A stretch of DNA of 64,000 bases from Octopus bimaculoides (Eukaryota): positions 443,098 through 507,097 of the forward strand of contig NC_068998.1 in assembly GCF_001194135.2 (NCBI RefSeq). Direction: 5' to 3'. Positions 11,914-24,180 of the stretch are shown here, piece by piece. Position 1 is the first letter of the stretch; every line of letters starts with the position of its first letter. Both the position numbers and the translations under genes were made by a program. The notes under the pieces were generated by a model. It searched no databases. It was given only the letters and a program-made list of their open reading frames with translations, and was not told the DNA's origin.

Positions 11914-13653
11914 GTATGTAGAAGTTTGTTATCTTCTTGTTGTTGTTGTTGATGATGATGATGGTTATACTTGTTTGATTTGTGTCTGATGAAAAGAACA
12001 GAGCCATAAAGTTTGAAAGCAAGTGGTTAACTCTTCCTGGGTCACTGTGTATGGGGTGGCTTGTAAGGACTTATAAAACCAATGTTTACCCCCTGGCTGC
12101 CCTGCAGAATCAGGGTTCTATCAATTAGAGCCTTATGAAACAATATCTCCTGGTCATTTTGCTGGCTGTAGTTTACTTTTGATTCCAACTTGAAGTCAAT
12201 TTCACACAAATTTCTATGTTCTTAAGAAATGCATGAATGTCACACACTCTCTTCAGTTCATTTTACATTGTGCTAATTCAGAAATTAATGATTCCTTTGT
12301 TTACTGACAACCCCCTTCTACCTCCACCTCATTTGTGTTTTCTCTTTCACCTGGACATTTAGTTATATTAGTTGTTCTTGTTGTTTAGCCCCAGGTTGAT
12401 CTCGATCCAGTAGACATGGCATCAAAATAATGCCAGCTATCACATATTTTATTATTCTGGTATAGTCTATCTGGATCTACATTTATTAATGTGTCCTTTC
12501 TTCACTTTTTTAAGACAATATATGCAGTTTAAGGAAGATCTAGCTGTTATGTCTTGCAAGTTGACTTGCCAGGTAGAAGCAGCCTTCTTATTTTCAACTT
12601 GAACAATTTTCTACTCTATTTGTCCCACGACTGTTTCCCACATGTTACTATATCTGTCTATCCCACATGTTACCTTCAACTTATATCTTAAGCCTAACTG
12701 TATTTTTCTTACCATCAATATTTGTGTTAATTATTACTATTTTTATCTTAATTAGCATTTCTGTATTTAAACTGCTGCTTCAAGTGGGGGGGGGGGCATC
12801 AATTCAAAACTTAAGGGTCAACTGAATTATAAGTGGAATGTAATCAGTCAAATATAATTAGCTGAGCTTTTACTGAAATCAGTTTTACTTAATCAACTGT
12901 TCTTATAATTTACCTTTGATTAAATACTCGAACAATTAACATTCTTATTTCTAAACATTTTCATGAAAGACCTGATATTTTGTCTGGGGTATTATTGGGA
13001 TGAAGAGGTCAAACCTTCCTACAGGCAAAATAAATAACCTCTGTACGCCTGGCTGACAAACAGGTGACACTCTGGATGCCAGTTGCCATCTTGGCCAGTA
13101 GGGGAAGGGTATGGATGGATGTAAAAACATTTCATTTGAAATAGAAATGTAGAGATTTACATAAGCTTCCAGTATTCTGGCACAGATCGAAACCAGTGTC
13201 TTCACCCATCCACCCATCCACCCATCTCTCTTTCTCTCTAACTGTTTCTGTATTTTTTTATGCCTGTCTCTATCTGTACACACACACACACACACGCACA
13301 CACACTTACACACACACACACACGCACACATGCTGGTGTGCTCCAGCATGGTCTGAGTCAGCAGTCAAAGAGTTCATATTTCTTATTAATGTTGCTTTAG
13401 ATGTAAGAAATGCAAACACAACAGAACTTTCTAGTCCCACGATTCCTTAAGTGGCTGTCCTCTACCGATTCTGATGCTTCCGGTGATTGCTTAATCATGT
13501 GTGTCTGATTATTAGTCTGGCAGTTTAGTTCCACTTGATTGGTTCTTCACTTTCAGAGTATTCCACACATCAACTGTGAGATATTCTCACCTTTCTCCAT
13601 ACTCTCCCATAGCTTCGTGTATTGGATCCACGCATAAGATATCACCTGCTGCC

Positions 13654-13743
13654 CTTACTCGTTGAGGGCAAGTGCTCACTGTTCTCACTCATTGAGGGCA
13701 GGTGCTCTCTATCGTCACTTGTTGAGTGCAGGTGCTCTCTCTA
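13654..13743. repeat. 30-bp minisatellite, three diverged units
   Basis: cttactcgttgagggcaagtgctcactgtt / ctcactcattgagggcaggtgctctctatc / gtcacttgttgagtgcaggtgctctctcta. Confidence 0.9.
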
Positions 13744-14287
13744 TCATTCCTCATCCGTTCACTTTATACATTTTCATCTTTTCTTTTATTGAAAAAAAAA
13801 AATCATCAAGTTTGAGGCTAAGACATTGGCACCCAGGTTTTCTTTCTTCCCCACACCCTGTCACTCACTGGTTCTCCCCCCCCCCCCAACTTATCATTAG
13901 AAATATCTTGTGTGTATGTGTGTGCATATGTGTGTATGTGAGTGTATATGTATGTGTGTGCAGCAAGGACTCTAAATGTATGTGTGTAACATCGCACATT
14001 TTGTGTGTGTGTGAGTATACATAACAGCACAGTTTCTTTTGGCATAGTTTTAGTATGTATAATGCTATGAGTGTATATATTCAATTACAAGTATGTTTAA
14101 CAATGTGTGTGTGTGTGTGTGTGTGTGTGCATGCAGGAGAATGTTATCTGATGGGCTGTATTACGTATTGGTAGACAAAATATCAAGCATGTGTGTGCGT
14201 GTGAGAGAGAGAAAGAGAGAGAATTTCTGTGTTTCTCTGTTGGTTTGTCTATCTGTCTCTCATATCTTTCTCTATCCGTCTCTCATA

Positions 14288-14346
<59 letters not shown>

Positions 14347-14837
14347 GTAACCTTACATTCTTAACACTGGGTGAATATGTATTTCAGTTACATTACAACA
14401 ACTATACATAATGTTTGTGTGTAATATAAGAACTACAGTATGTGTGTGTGTGTTTGTGCAGTAATGTGCATGCTAGTATACATAACGTCAAACACTAAGA
14501 AATTCCAGTTAATTAAAACAACAATGTTCATGGTGGAAACTAAATTTTCTTAATCTGATCAAAACAAAAAAAAAAGAGTAACAAGGGAGACAATCCAAAT
14601 ATCTAATAGTAAATACAAAATTGTTTTGTTTAAGAGTGAGGCGACAACTGTGAGCATGTTTCTGCCTTGTTTGACCTTCTTAGAGACGTGAAGTGAGACT
14701 CAGAATGTTGGATCAGAGAATGATCAGGAATGTTTAAAATTTTGTGAATAAATATTGAAGGGTAGGATAACACTTACCCAGGTGTAATTAGTGCTGGATG
14801 TAAAAACTCTGTACAGGTATTTATAGTTAAAATACTT

Positions 14838-15011
14838 GATTCTTTTATTCTTTTACTTGTTTCAGTCATTTGACTGTGGTCATGCTGGGGCACTGCCTTT
14901 AGTCGAGCAAATTGACCCCAGGTCTTATTCTTTGTAAGCCTAGTACTTATTCTATCAGCCTCTTTTGCTGAACTGCTAAAGGGATGTAAACACATCAGTT
15001 GTCAAGCGATG
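14838..15011 (-). mobile_element. SINE-like family D copy (antisense), abutting the RTE fragment
   Basis: cttgtttcagtcatttgactgtggtcatgctggggcactgcctttagtcgagcaaattgacccc... A sense copy lies at 20520-20695. Confidence 0.75.
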
Positions 15012-15480
15012 TACAACAATGCTACATGGTAGTGAGACATGGTTTCTGGATACAGCGAACATGTAAAGACTAGATAGGAATGAAGCTAGTATGCTCCTTT
15101 GGACACCAGTATGCATGTATGAGTGCAATGTCAGTGTGCATGAATGACAAAGTGCAAATGTGTTGAGAGGAAAATTGTGAAAGGAACCAGACACAGCCAG
15201 GAAAACATGGGACAAAGCGGTAAAAGCTGATCTCAAAATGCTGGACCTTACAGAAAACAAAGGANNNNNNNNNNNNNNNNNNNNNNNNNNNNNNNNNNNN
15301 NNNNNNNNNNNNNNNNNNNNNNNNNNNNNNNNNNNNNNNNNNNNNNNNNNNNNNNNNNNNNNNNNNNNNACAAAGCGGTAAAAGCTGATCTCAAAATGCT
15401 GGACCTTACAGAAAACAAAGGACTGAGATGATTTCTGGTTTGCTGTGCTTGAGAGGACCTGCCCATCACAGCAGAAATGA
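15012..15480 (+). mobile_element. RTE-clade LINE, degenerate 3' fragment with internal deletion, interrupted by an assembly gap
   Basis: Translates as TMLHGSETW (RTE-type LLYGSETW motif) and later RKTWDKAVKADLKMLDLTE (RTE C-terminal RPRKTW..V..DL). It has stops and frameshifts, and the usual RLRW.GHV block is missing. Confidence 0.8.
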
Positions 15481-15939
15481 TATCCTAAAACCACCTTCGT
15501 TATTCTTGTACATGTGGGGCACTGTCTTTTCCCATTCTCTATCTCTCTCTCTCTCTCTCTGTCCTGTCAAGCATTTCCCTCTCTTCTCATCTTCTAACAC
15601 CCATTGCTTCTCTATCTAAGGTACTACACAAATGTTGTAATCACCTGTGAGCCAAAAAAGCACATTACATCCTGCCCACCCCTACCCACAACCACTTCTC
15701 TCTCTCTACCCCCACCATTTCCACCAATCACCATCATTCTGTACTTTCAGCCATTGCTCTCCTCTGCCACACCCTCTCCTTAACACCTCCCTTTCCTGCT
15801 CTCATTCTCTTTCATGTCTACCCTCACTCCTTTCCCCCGAACCACTCCTATATCTTGCACCTCTACACCCCATCTTCTCCCTGCAATCCACTCTATCTCG
15901 AGATGCTCCTGCATCTCGCCACCACTTCACTTTCCTGCA

Positions 15940-16036
15940 CCAGATTGAGCCTGGTGCAGCTTCTAGCTCACCAGTCCTCAGTCAAACTGTCCAACCCATG
16001 CCAGCATGGAAAGCGGACGTTAAACGATGAGGATGA
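15940..16036 (+). mobile_element. SINE-like family A 3' fragment, duplicated across the gap at 16221-16296
   Basis: gagcctggtgcagc..ccagtcctcagtcaaactgtccaacccatgccagcatggaaagcggacgttaaacgatga. Confidence 0.8.
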
Positions 16037-17897
16037 TATATATATATGTGTGTCTGTGTAATGTATATATGTGTAATATATATAATATATATGTAATATA
16101 TATAATATATATATATATANNNNNNNNNNNNNNNNNNNNNNNNNNNNNNNNNNNNNNNNNNNNNNNNNNNNNNNNNNNNNNNNNNNNNNNNNNNNNNNNN
16201 NNNNNNNNNNNNNNNNNNNNTTCTAGCTCACCAGTCCTCAGTCAAACTGTCCAACCCATGCCAGCATGGAAAGCGGACGTTAAACGATGAGGATGATATA
16301 TATATATGTGTGTCTGTGTAATGTATATATGTGTAATATATATAATATATATGTAATATATATATATAATGTAACTAAATATAAATATATCAATATACAT
16401 GTTGATTTAGCATCCAGTTTTCTATACCAGCATGGGACATGTGTGTGTGTGGATGCGTGTTCAATCCACACACCCATCAGCTGCAATCTCTGTTCCTCCT
16501 TTCCCCACACACAGACAGAACCAGAATCTCTCAAGAAATTAAGAATAATTGTTTTTCTTTGCAACACAATAATAAACTCTTTAAAATCTAATTAAACTTC
16601 TACTGTTGATGTCGTACTGATCCCTATTTGGAACCTTGTTCAGTCTGCGAAAGGATATTACTTTTAAAGAATAAACAGTGCCATTTAGAATGGTTTATAT
16701 ATTTTTTTTTTTTGTTTTGCTGTTTTTGTGTGTAAATGCCTGCTTTTATTGTTTGGATTGAGAACAAGTGAAATAAATTGAAGAACAATCCAAGAACTTT
16801 AGTAACAACAACAAGAACTAAATGACACAATGTGGATTGGTGCTAAAGAATGGTTGATTTCAGTGTATACAAATAATTGTTTAGTCTTAATTGGTGTTCT
16901 TGTCTCTTCAAGAAAACCTTTATTTTTTTCCCTGGATCACTAAAATCCTCTCCACTCTCCCCTCCCCCCATTTAATGCATTGATCCTTCACTCTGAAGTT
17001 CCCTTTGTTAATCCCAGCACTTATTTACCTGAGCCCAGTTTCTAGTACCTATTAACACACACATGCACACACACCTCTCTCTGTTTCTCACACACATGCA
17101 CTTTCTTTTTTTCTCTCCCTCACACACTCTCTATCTCCCTCTCATATTCATTCTCTCTCCCTTTTCCTTGCACACACCCACTTCTTCTCTCTCTCCATCT
17201 CCATTCTTCAAATGGTACAGTTTGTAGATTGCAGTAATTACCATGGTTCCAATCCTGTGACCATTTTATGCCCCAGCATCTCTGCTCTCTCTACCAAACC
17301 TACACATGAAACTGAACCCAGAACTAAACAAACCCCACTGCTGGGGTCACTCACATGAACCCTAACCATCTGTGACTTATGAGGACTAACGTGTCCCTGC
17401 CCCCCACCTCCCACCTAACCTTTCAATTTCTTTACGTTTTAACATCCAACTATGGAAACCCTGCAAAAGCAGACATAGAACCTGGCAATGCCTCTGGCTT
17501 GTCTCCCCACTAATAATTATTTCCCCTCATTATTGCTGTAATATTAATTAAATCAAAAGTTCTTTGCTCCCTATATTAAGTATATTAGCATCAACTATAC
17601 TGTTTATAATCCATGCAGCAGGCATCCCTAGGTATTTCACTCCAGTCCTTATTTTCTGCTACCATAGTAACCCAGGTATGATACTACAATGGGTCGCAAA
17701 CCCCTCTCAACGGTCCCCAATCAGTTTCAGATTTCACCTGGTTTCCTATATTTTCACTGCTTTTAACTTGATTTCCTATTAGTTTTGTGTTTCTTTTAGC
17801 TAACATGGCTAAGGCTGTCTTGGTGTACAATTTTATAGGAAAATATTTCAAATACATGTACTTACCTATTGACATTACCACCTTTCTCTTGCCTATG

Positions 17898-17965
<68 letters not shown>

Positions 17966-18195
17966 CACGTACTTACACAAACAGACATTTTTTGGCAAGT
18001 TCAGCCAATTAATGTTGCCAAAATTATAAAAGTAGGTTTTTATTTCCATATCTTTGTAGATTATTATTATTATCATTGTTGTTGTTGCTGTTGTTGTTGT
18101 CATGCTTTTTGCTTCGTTCCCTTACGTATACCTCCTCCTCTCATTGAGTGACCTTTCTTTATACATCACCTCTCTGAAATGACCTCTAAGACTAT

Positions 18196-18319
18196 TTTAT
18201 ATAACACCTGTGTGTTGTGGTTCCCTACTTATCTTTATAATAACCCCTGTGTGATGTGATCCCCTAATTACCTTTATAAAATCCCTGTGGGATGTGACTC
18301 CCTAATATTACTTTATAAA
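18196..18319. repeat. 38-39-bp minisatellite, three diverged units plus a partial
   Basis: Units begin tttata and contain cctgtg.g.tgtg..tccct. Confidence 0.85.
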
Positions 18320-19740
18320 GCTACTTTTATTTGTTGCTTAGTAACATGTCATAAAACAACATCAAATTTTGTGCAAACTCAAACCTAAAACACATTTCAT
18401 TGTTTAATGTATTTGTGTTACTTTCTGCCAACTTCACCACATCATTCTCAGCAATGTATCATTGGAACACACATTCATCACAGCATCACAGGTACCTGAT
18501 GCCTCACCACTTGTATCTGCTTCTCTAATTCAAAATCAATTCTAGACAAAGGTAAACTTTCTGCTAACAGACTGCTGTGCTTACACACAATAATAACTCT
18601 GCTGTGGTTGTCGTTGGATTCATTTAAAAGATGTCTGTTCTTATAAACTTTCTTCCTTGTTTCACGGTGGCTTTAACAACCCTCATCTTCCACCCCTACA
18701 TTACAACTATTGGTGCCACACATTTAGATCTCATCTCTAAATTTCCCACTGCTCCTCTTCTCCCTCTTCCTTCTCCCTTTGACACATTTATTTCCAAACA
18801 AACCCCTTTGCAGTCCATCGAATGCACCATCCCTCATTATTTATCTAGGTTCTTCTCCTCATCCATATCCTTCAGAAATCACTTTTCTCTAATCTTTTCC
18901 CTCTGGAAATTCAGCCTTTTGGAACTTTCTCCCTGTCCATTTCAACTTTAAACATATCAATCTGCAGGAATTCAAAGTTCCTCTCTCATAAAAGGTGACT
19001 AAAAGAGGTTGAGGTAGGATTTGCACTCATAAAACCCTCACTAGCAACAACTACCCTAACCCTAGCCCATCAGTTGAAGGGTTGCTGCCTGAGTGGTGCA
19101 GAAGCATTGTCCACCAGGAGGAGTAGGGAATCACCAACAAATGGTGGATGCAGCAATGCACTGTCACAGTGAATACTACTACTACTACTACTACCACTAC
19201 TACCTTATTCTGTTGATTGTACTTAGATGACCTTTAGAGTTCACTAGAACTTAACTTGCTTCTAGAACTAAATTGTTTTCCAAAGACTGCACAGGTGGCA
19301 GCAGCACCTAACGACAGAAGAGCATTCCACTAAACGGCAGCTCATTCCTTTTCCATTTACCCAAACTTGACAAGTTTCAACAGTTGCTATGGTGGTTCTT
19401 TCCCTACCTCCCCACCATACATATTTCACCATTTGCTTTCTGTTAAAGACTTTCACTGTTTCATTTAGTCTATCTCTATGGCTGTTTCATGTGAGTCTCT
19501 CCATAACCTTTCAGGAGATTTTGTAGTGGGTGGAAACGAATAATCTGTTCTTGGAACTGACAAAAACAACTCAAAGAGAGAAAAATGATGGTATGTAGGT
19601 GTAGGTGTGTGTGGAGAGGAGAAAATGGTAAAAATAATAAGAGTTACAATGACATTGTATAAAATAGAAGATTATTGTTCTTTAGAAAAATAGGTTGGAA
19701 TGAGGTTGAGTATTTGGTTTGTCATAGAGATTGTAAGGAG

Positions 19741-19749
19741 TGTGTGTGT

Positions 19750-19821
<72 letters not shown>

Positions 19822-19947
19822 TGTCCTTCTATAGAATTATAGTCTCTTTACAATATTCCATTATGTTGCATCAATCAAATGTTTTTAGAATTACAAGAAT
19901 GGTACTGCCAAATAGTTTTCTCTTTAATTTTGGAAACTTTTGTCTGA

Positions 19948-20004
<57 letters not shown>

Positions 20005-20020
20005 CATTATTATTATTAAG
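19741..20020. repeat. Long (TG)n at 19741-19817 and (ATT)n at about 19950-20018; representative of dozens of (TA)n, (CA)n, (CT)n, (AAT)n and (AAG)n tracts in the window
   Basis: Directly visible. Similar tracts occur at 687, 10215, 14287, 17900, 22866, 27347, 37497, 48893, 50156, 56545 and 59321. Confidence 0.95.
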
Positions 20021-20324
20021 TTGATAGTGAAATTCATGATGGTTATGTTGATGACGAAAATTATAAATGTTACGATGAATTTTATTGTAATTTGTCTTGT
20101 AAACTTACAAATCTGGATTTGGCAATATGAAAATATTTCCAACATCTCTTCCCTTCTCTCTCTCTCCAGTGGGTGGGGGGCTAAGCAAAGGCTAAATATT
20201 TATTCTGAAGATATTTCCTCATATATATTTATATGTTTCACTGTATATGTTAGACACACTCAGAATGTTACACACCACTGTGGCTTTGCTGGAGCACACC
20301 TCTATGAAAGACTTAGTCAATTAA

Positions 20325-20520
20325 AGGCACATAAAATACACCATTTTGAGCGTGGCTGTTGCCAGCACCGCATGACTGGCCTTCGTGCCGGTGGAACGTA
20401 AAAGCACCCACTACACTCTCAGAGTGATTGGCGTTAGGAAGAGCATCCAGCTGTAGAAACTCTGCCAAATTAGATTGGAGCCTGGTGCAGCCATCTGGTT
20501 CACGATTTGACTGCTTGACC
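20325..20520 (+). mobile_element. SINE-like family A copy, 3' truncated, abutting a family D copy
   Basis: High similarity to 32654-32800 (aaaagcacccactacactctc..ttggcgttaggaa..catccagctgtagaaactctgccaaat). Confidence 0.8.
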
Positions 20521-20695
20521 ACTGGTGTCAGTGTGTCCATGTCTCTGTAACTTATGAGTTGGGCAAAAGAAACCAATAACTTAAACCCTGGGCTTAAAGA
20601 AATGATAAGTCCTAGGCTCAATTCATCGGACTAAAATTCTTCAGGTGGTGCTCCAGCATGGCCAGTCTAAAAACTGCAGCAAATAAAAGATTAAA
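20520..20695 (+). mobile_element. SINE-like family D copy, diverged
   Basis: gtaacttatgagttgggcaaaagaaacc..taagtcctagg..ggactaaa..ggtggtgctccagcatggccagtc matches the reverse complement of 14838-15011. Confidence 0.65.
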
Positions 20696-21246
20696 TAGTA
20701 TTTTGTGGAAATGTATAAATGTTCTGCTGCAAGTCCATTCCCAGTTGTTTTTTTGTTTCCTCTCTTGTTTCCATTTTGATGTATTTAAACCATTGGTCAG
20801 TGGGCCATTGAAATAGAATCATATTTATTGATCTTTTGTCTTTGAACTATCAGTGATTGACTGTTGCTAGTTGAAACACTGTTGAAAGACTGTCGCTAGT
20901 TAAATATAGGAATGGTTTCCGTGGAGCAAGAAGCATCCAAAGATAGAACAGGATGTGTTATGATGTGAAGTATTACTGTGAGTCGGGTGGTCCAGCAGGC
21001 GGGGGGGGGGGCGGTGCTTAGGATGTGCTCGTTAATGTAATCAGAGGGAGAACTCCTCTTAATAGCAATTGTATTATTAGCAAAGCTAACAGGAAGAGAG
21101 ATTGCTGAAATAGTGCAAAGCATCAATGAGGAGCTTATCACCACAAACATGCATCAAACACACTTTTAGACTGTTTGTGTGCATGCATGTGCGTGCGTGT
21201 GCATACATATATATATATGTACATGTGTATATATATATGTACATGC

Positions 21247-21283
<37 letters not shown>

Positions 21284-24136
21284 TGCATACACACACGTGC
21301 ATAAAATTGTTTTACATTATGTGTGTGTGTGTGTGTATAAATTGTAGACTCAGACACAATAGATTAAAATGGCAAAGTTGAGGTAATAATTAAAAGCCAT
21401 TCTATGTTGGATTCAAAAGTTCTCTAATGTCTGGATGCATCCACTAAATACAATGTTCAATTTTGCTTAGATTTACCATTATTTGATTTATATTTATATT
21501 TCCATTATTTTTATTTGTATTTCTATTACCATTATCCATTTATTTTTATATTTATTTACTTTTTGCAATTTAATCTAAGAATGGCAAATACTGAACAGCA
21601 TATTGCATATGGCCCCTGCTTGAATGTCAGTAAGGATTTAGGGCCAGGAAATATAAGTTTGGTTGTGAAGAGATTAAACAACTATCTAGTGGTACCTGGT
21701 TTACCACTAGGTGGCTTGAGCTAGAGACAAGCTCAGTCTGTTGGTCAGGCAATGGCTCATATATTCAATGGTCAATCAGTTAATGACCTCCACCTCTGAC
21801 ATCAATCTGTTTACTTGTGATTTCTTTGTTGTTGTTGTTGTTACTTCATGATTTTGGTACAGAAGAGACAAAAGAACTTCATCCTTGATTATCTGTTAAT
21901 CCATAGCCAATAATGAAGTCATGACTATTGGTGGGTGGGGTGCAGGGGAGGGACTTACCCACCCTCACCCACCCATTCCCAGTTAATATTACTTGATGAG
22001 AAATCTGTTTCTTTGCTGCTGGAACTCTTCCATGCAATTATTCCTTCTAATTACCAATATAATCATTCAGTCTTTGAGACTTTCTCACAAGTTACTGCTC
22101 CCCCCTCCCCACCCAACTTACTTATTTTGATTTTTTTACAGTTTTTCTTTGTTTTTTTTAGTGCATTTTTTTCACAATTTCTTGCCTGTTTTATCATCAT
22201 CATCATCATCATTTATCACCCTCTCCTCCCCCCATCTCCCTTCCTGACCTCTCAATTAACTAAATTATATATTCCATTCTCAGGTCAATCCAAAATAAGT
22301 CAACATTACACAACCACTTCACCTGCAATTACAGAAACAACTGCAGTGTGCAATCATTGCAGCTGTTGCTGCTGAACACACTGCGACCACCACTACCACC
22401 ACCACCACCATTATCTCCACTACTCACACCAATACTCATGCTACCACCTTTGAAAATACAATAACCACCAGCACAAATACTACTACTACTACTACTACTA
22501 CTACATGCAACACCATCACAACTTCACCACCACCACCTCCACCACCAACAACAATACCACTTGCACCACCACACTACTACCATCATCATCATCATCATGC
22601 TAATTGTTATTACTGATGTAACACACACCACATTTTTCACCCAATTCTCCAGAAATATCAAACTTTTATGATAAAACATTTATGTTCATATCTCACTAAT
22701 ACCCCCTCCACCACCACCACCACCACCTCCACCACACACACTCAGTCTCCTTATTTCTCCTTCTTTATTGCTTTCACTACTAAGATGTAGAAATTCTTTA
22801 CAACATTCTCTGCTGCTACCATATTCTTGGGGTTGATTTTCTCCCCAAAGCCTCAAGATTTTTTGCTCTTCTTCTTCTTCTTCTTCTTCTTCTTCTTCTT
22901 CTTCTTCTTCGTCTTCTTCTTCTCCGCCTCCTTCCCACACCGTAGCAGTTTTGACTTAGCTTCCTATTAATATATCTATTGCCGAACATTTCTGTCTTCA
23001 TATTGCCCCCACCTGCTCCCCATCTTGTACATATTTAGTGACCACCACCACTGCCACCAGCACCATCAACACTATCACTGCCACACATATTTTTCCCCTT
23101 GTACACCAGTGAAACAAACCTTTTCTAATGTCCCATCTCATCTCCCTTATAACATCAGCCATCCCTATTTGTTCTCCATGTCATTTCTTGTCCTCCCTCT
23201 TCTACAGATTCCTGCCATTTATAGTGTTAAACATATCTTTACCCTCCAATATATCTAGCCCATCTGCCTCTACCTGTGTGACCTTCTCATTTACCCTAAC
23301 TCCTCCTAGTTACTGGTTTCCTCTTGGCTCAGTCCTTGCTCCATCAATCATCCACACCAACATTCAAGAGGAGAAACCCCATTTCTTTCCACCCAACCCA
23401 ATCCTTATGACACTTCATAAATTGTCCCCTCTCTCACTCTGCCTGACCCTAATCCCACTTCATACAAATTCCTTCCTTGTGATCCCACAACAACCCTGTT
23501 GTGTTTGTGGGTAACTTCTGGTTCCCTAGAACCATCTGACTTTTTCCAAGAGGTGAGTGATGCAAAAGATTCTCAGAATGTTGTAAATTAAAACATTGAA
23601 GTTCATTGTTGTTTGTTCCAACATCAAATCCTGCCATTATTTTCATTACCATCCCACCTTCCAACACGAATCAGTACCAGTAATATCCTGAGGTTGATTT
23701 AGCAGTTAGTTGGTGGTTCTTTAATTTATTCCTTCCTCCATTCAAAAACAATCTTTCAATCTTCAATTTTGATTCAGAGAAAATCATGGGGTGGGGCAGG
23801 CATTGAGGGCTGGTAAAACTAGACAGGGGGTGGGGGATTGTTTCTAAGGGACAGCACCAAGAGATACAGAAACAGGCTTTTATTTCAAGTTGGAAAAAAA
23901 CAAAGAGATGTTAAAAAGAAACATACACATATATATACACTTACTCATGAATAGACAGAGATAAATTCTGGCTTATATGAAAGTCTATTCACTGAGGTAT
24001 CTGTGGTGTGTGTGTATTTATATAAAATACACATGCACTTGGGTATATGAATCAATGTAAATGCACACACATGCATATATATACATGCACTCATGCATAT
24101 AAATTAAATTAATGTACATATTCATGTGTATGTGTG

Positions 24137-24180
<44 letters not shown>

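Noticed and set aside
13400-13640. Possible LINE relic on minus (IRIGRGQPLKESW)
   Set aside because: Similarity to the RTE RGRP..W motif is too loose and unsupported by adjacent motifs.
19050-19070. Telomere-like CCCTAA units (also near 50137)
   Set aside because: Only one or two units each, as expected by chance.
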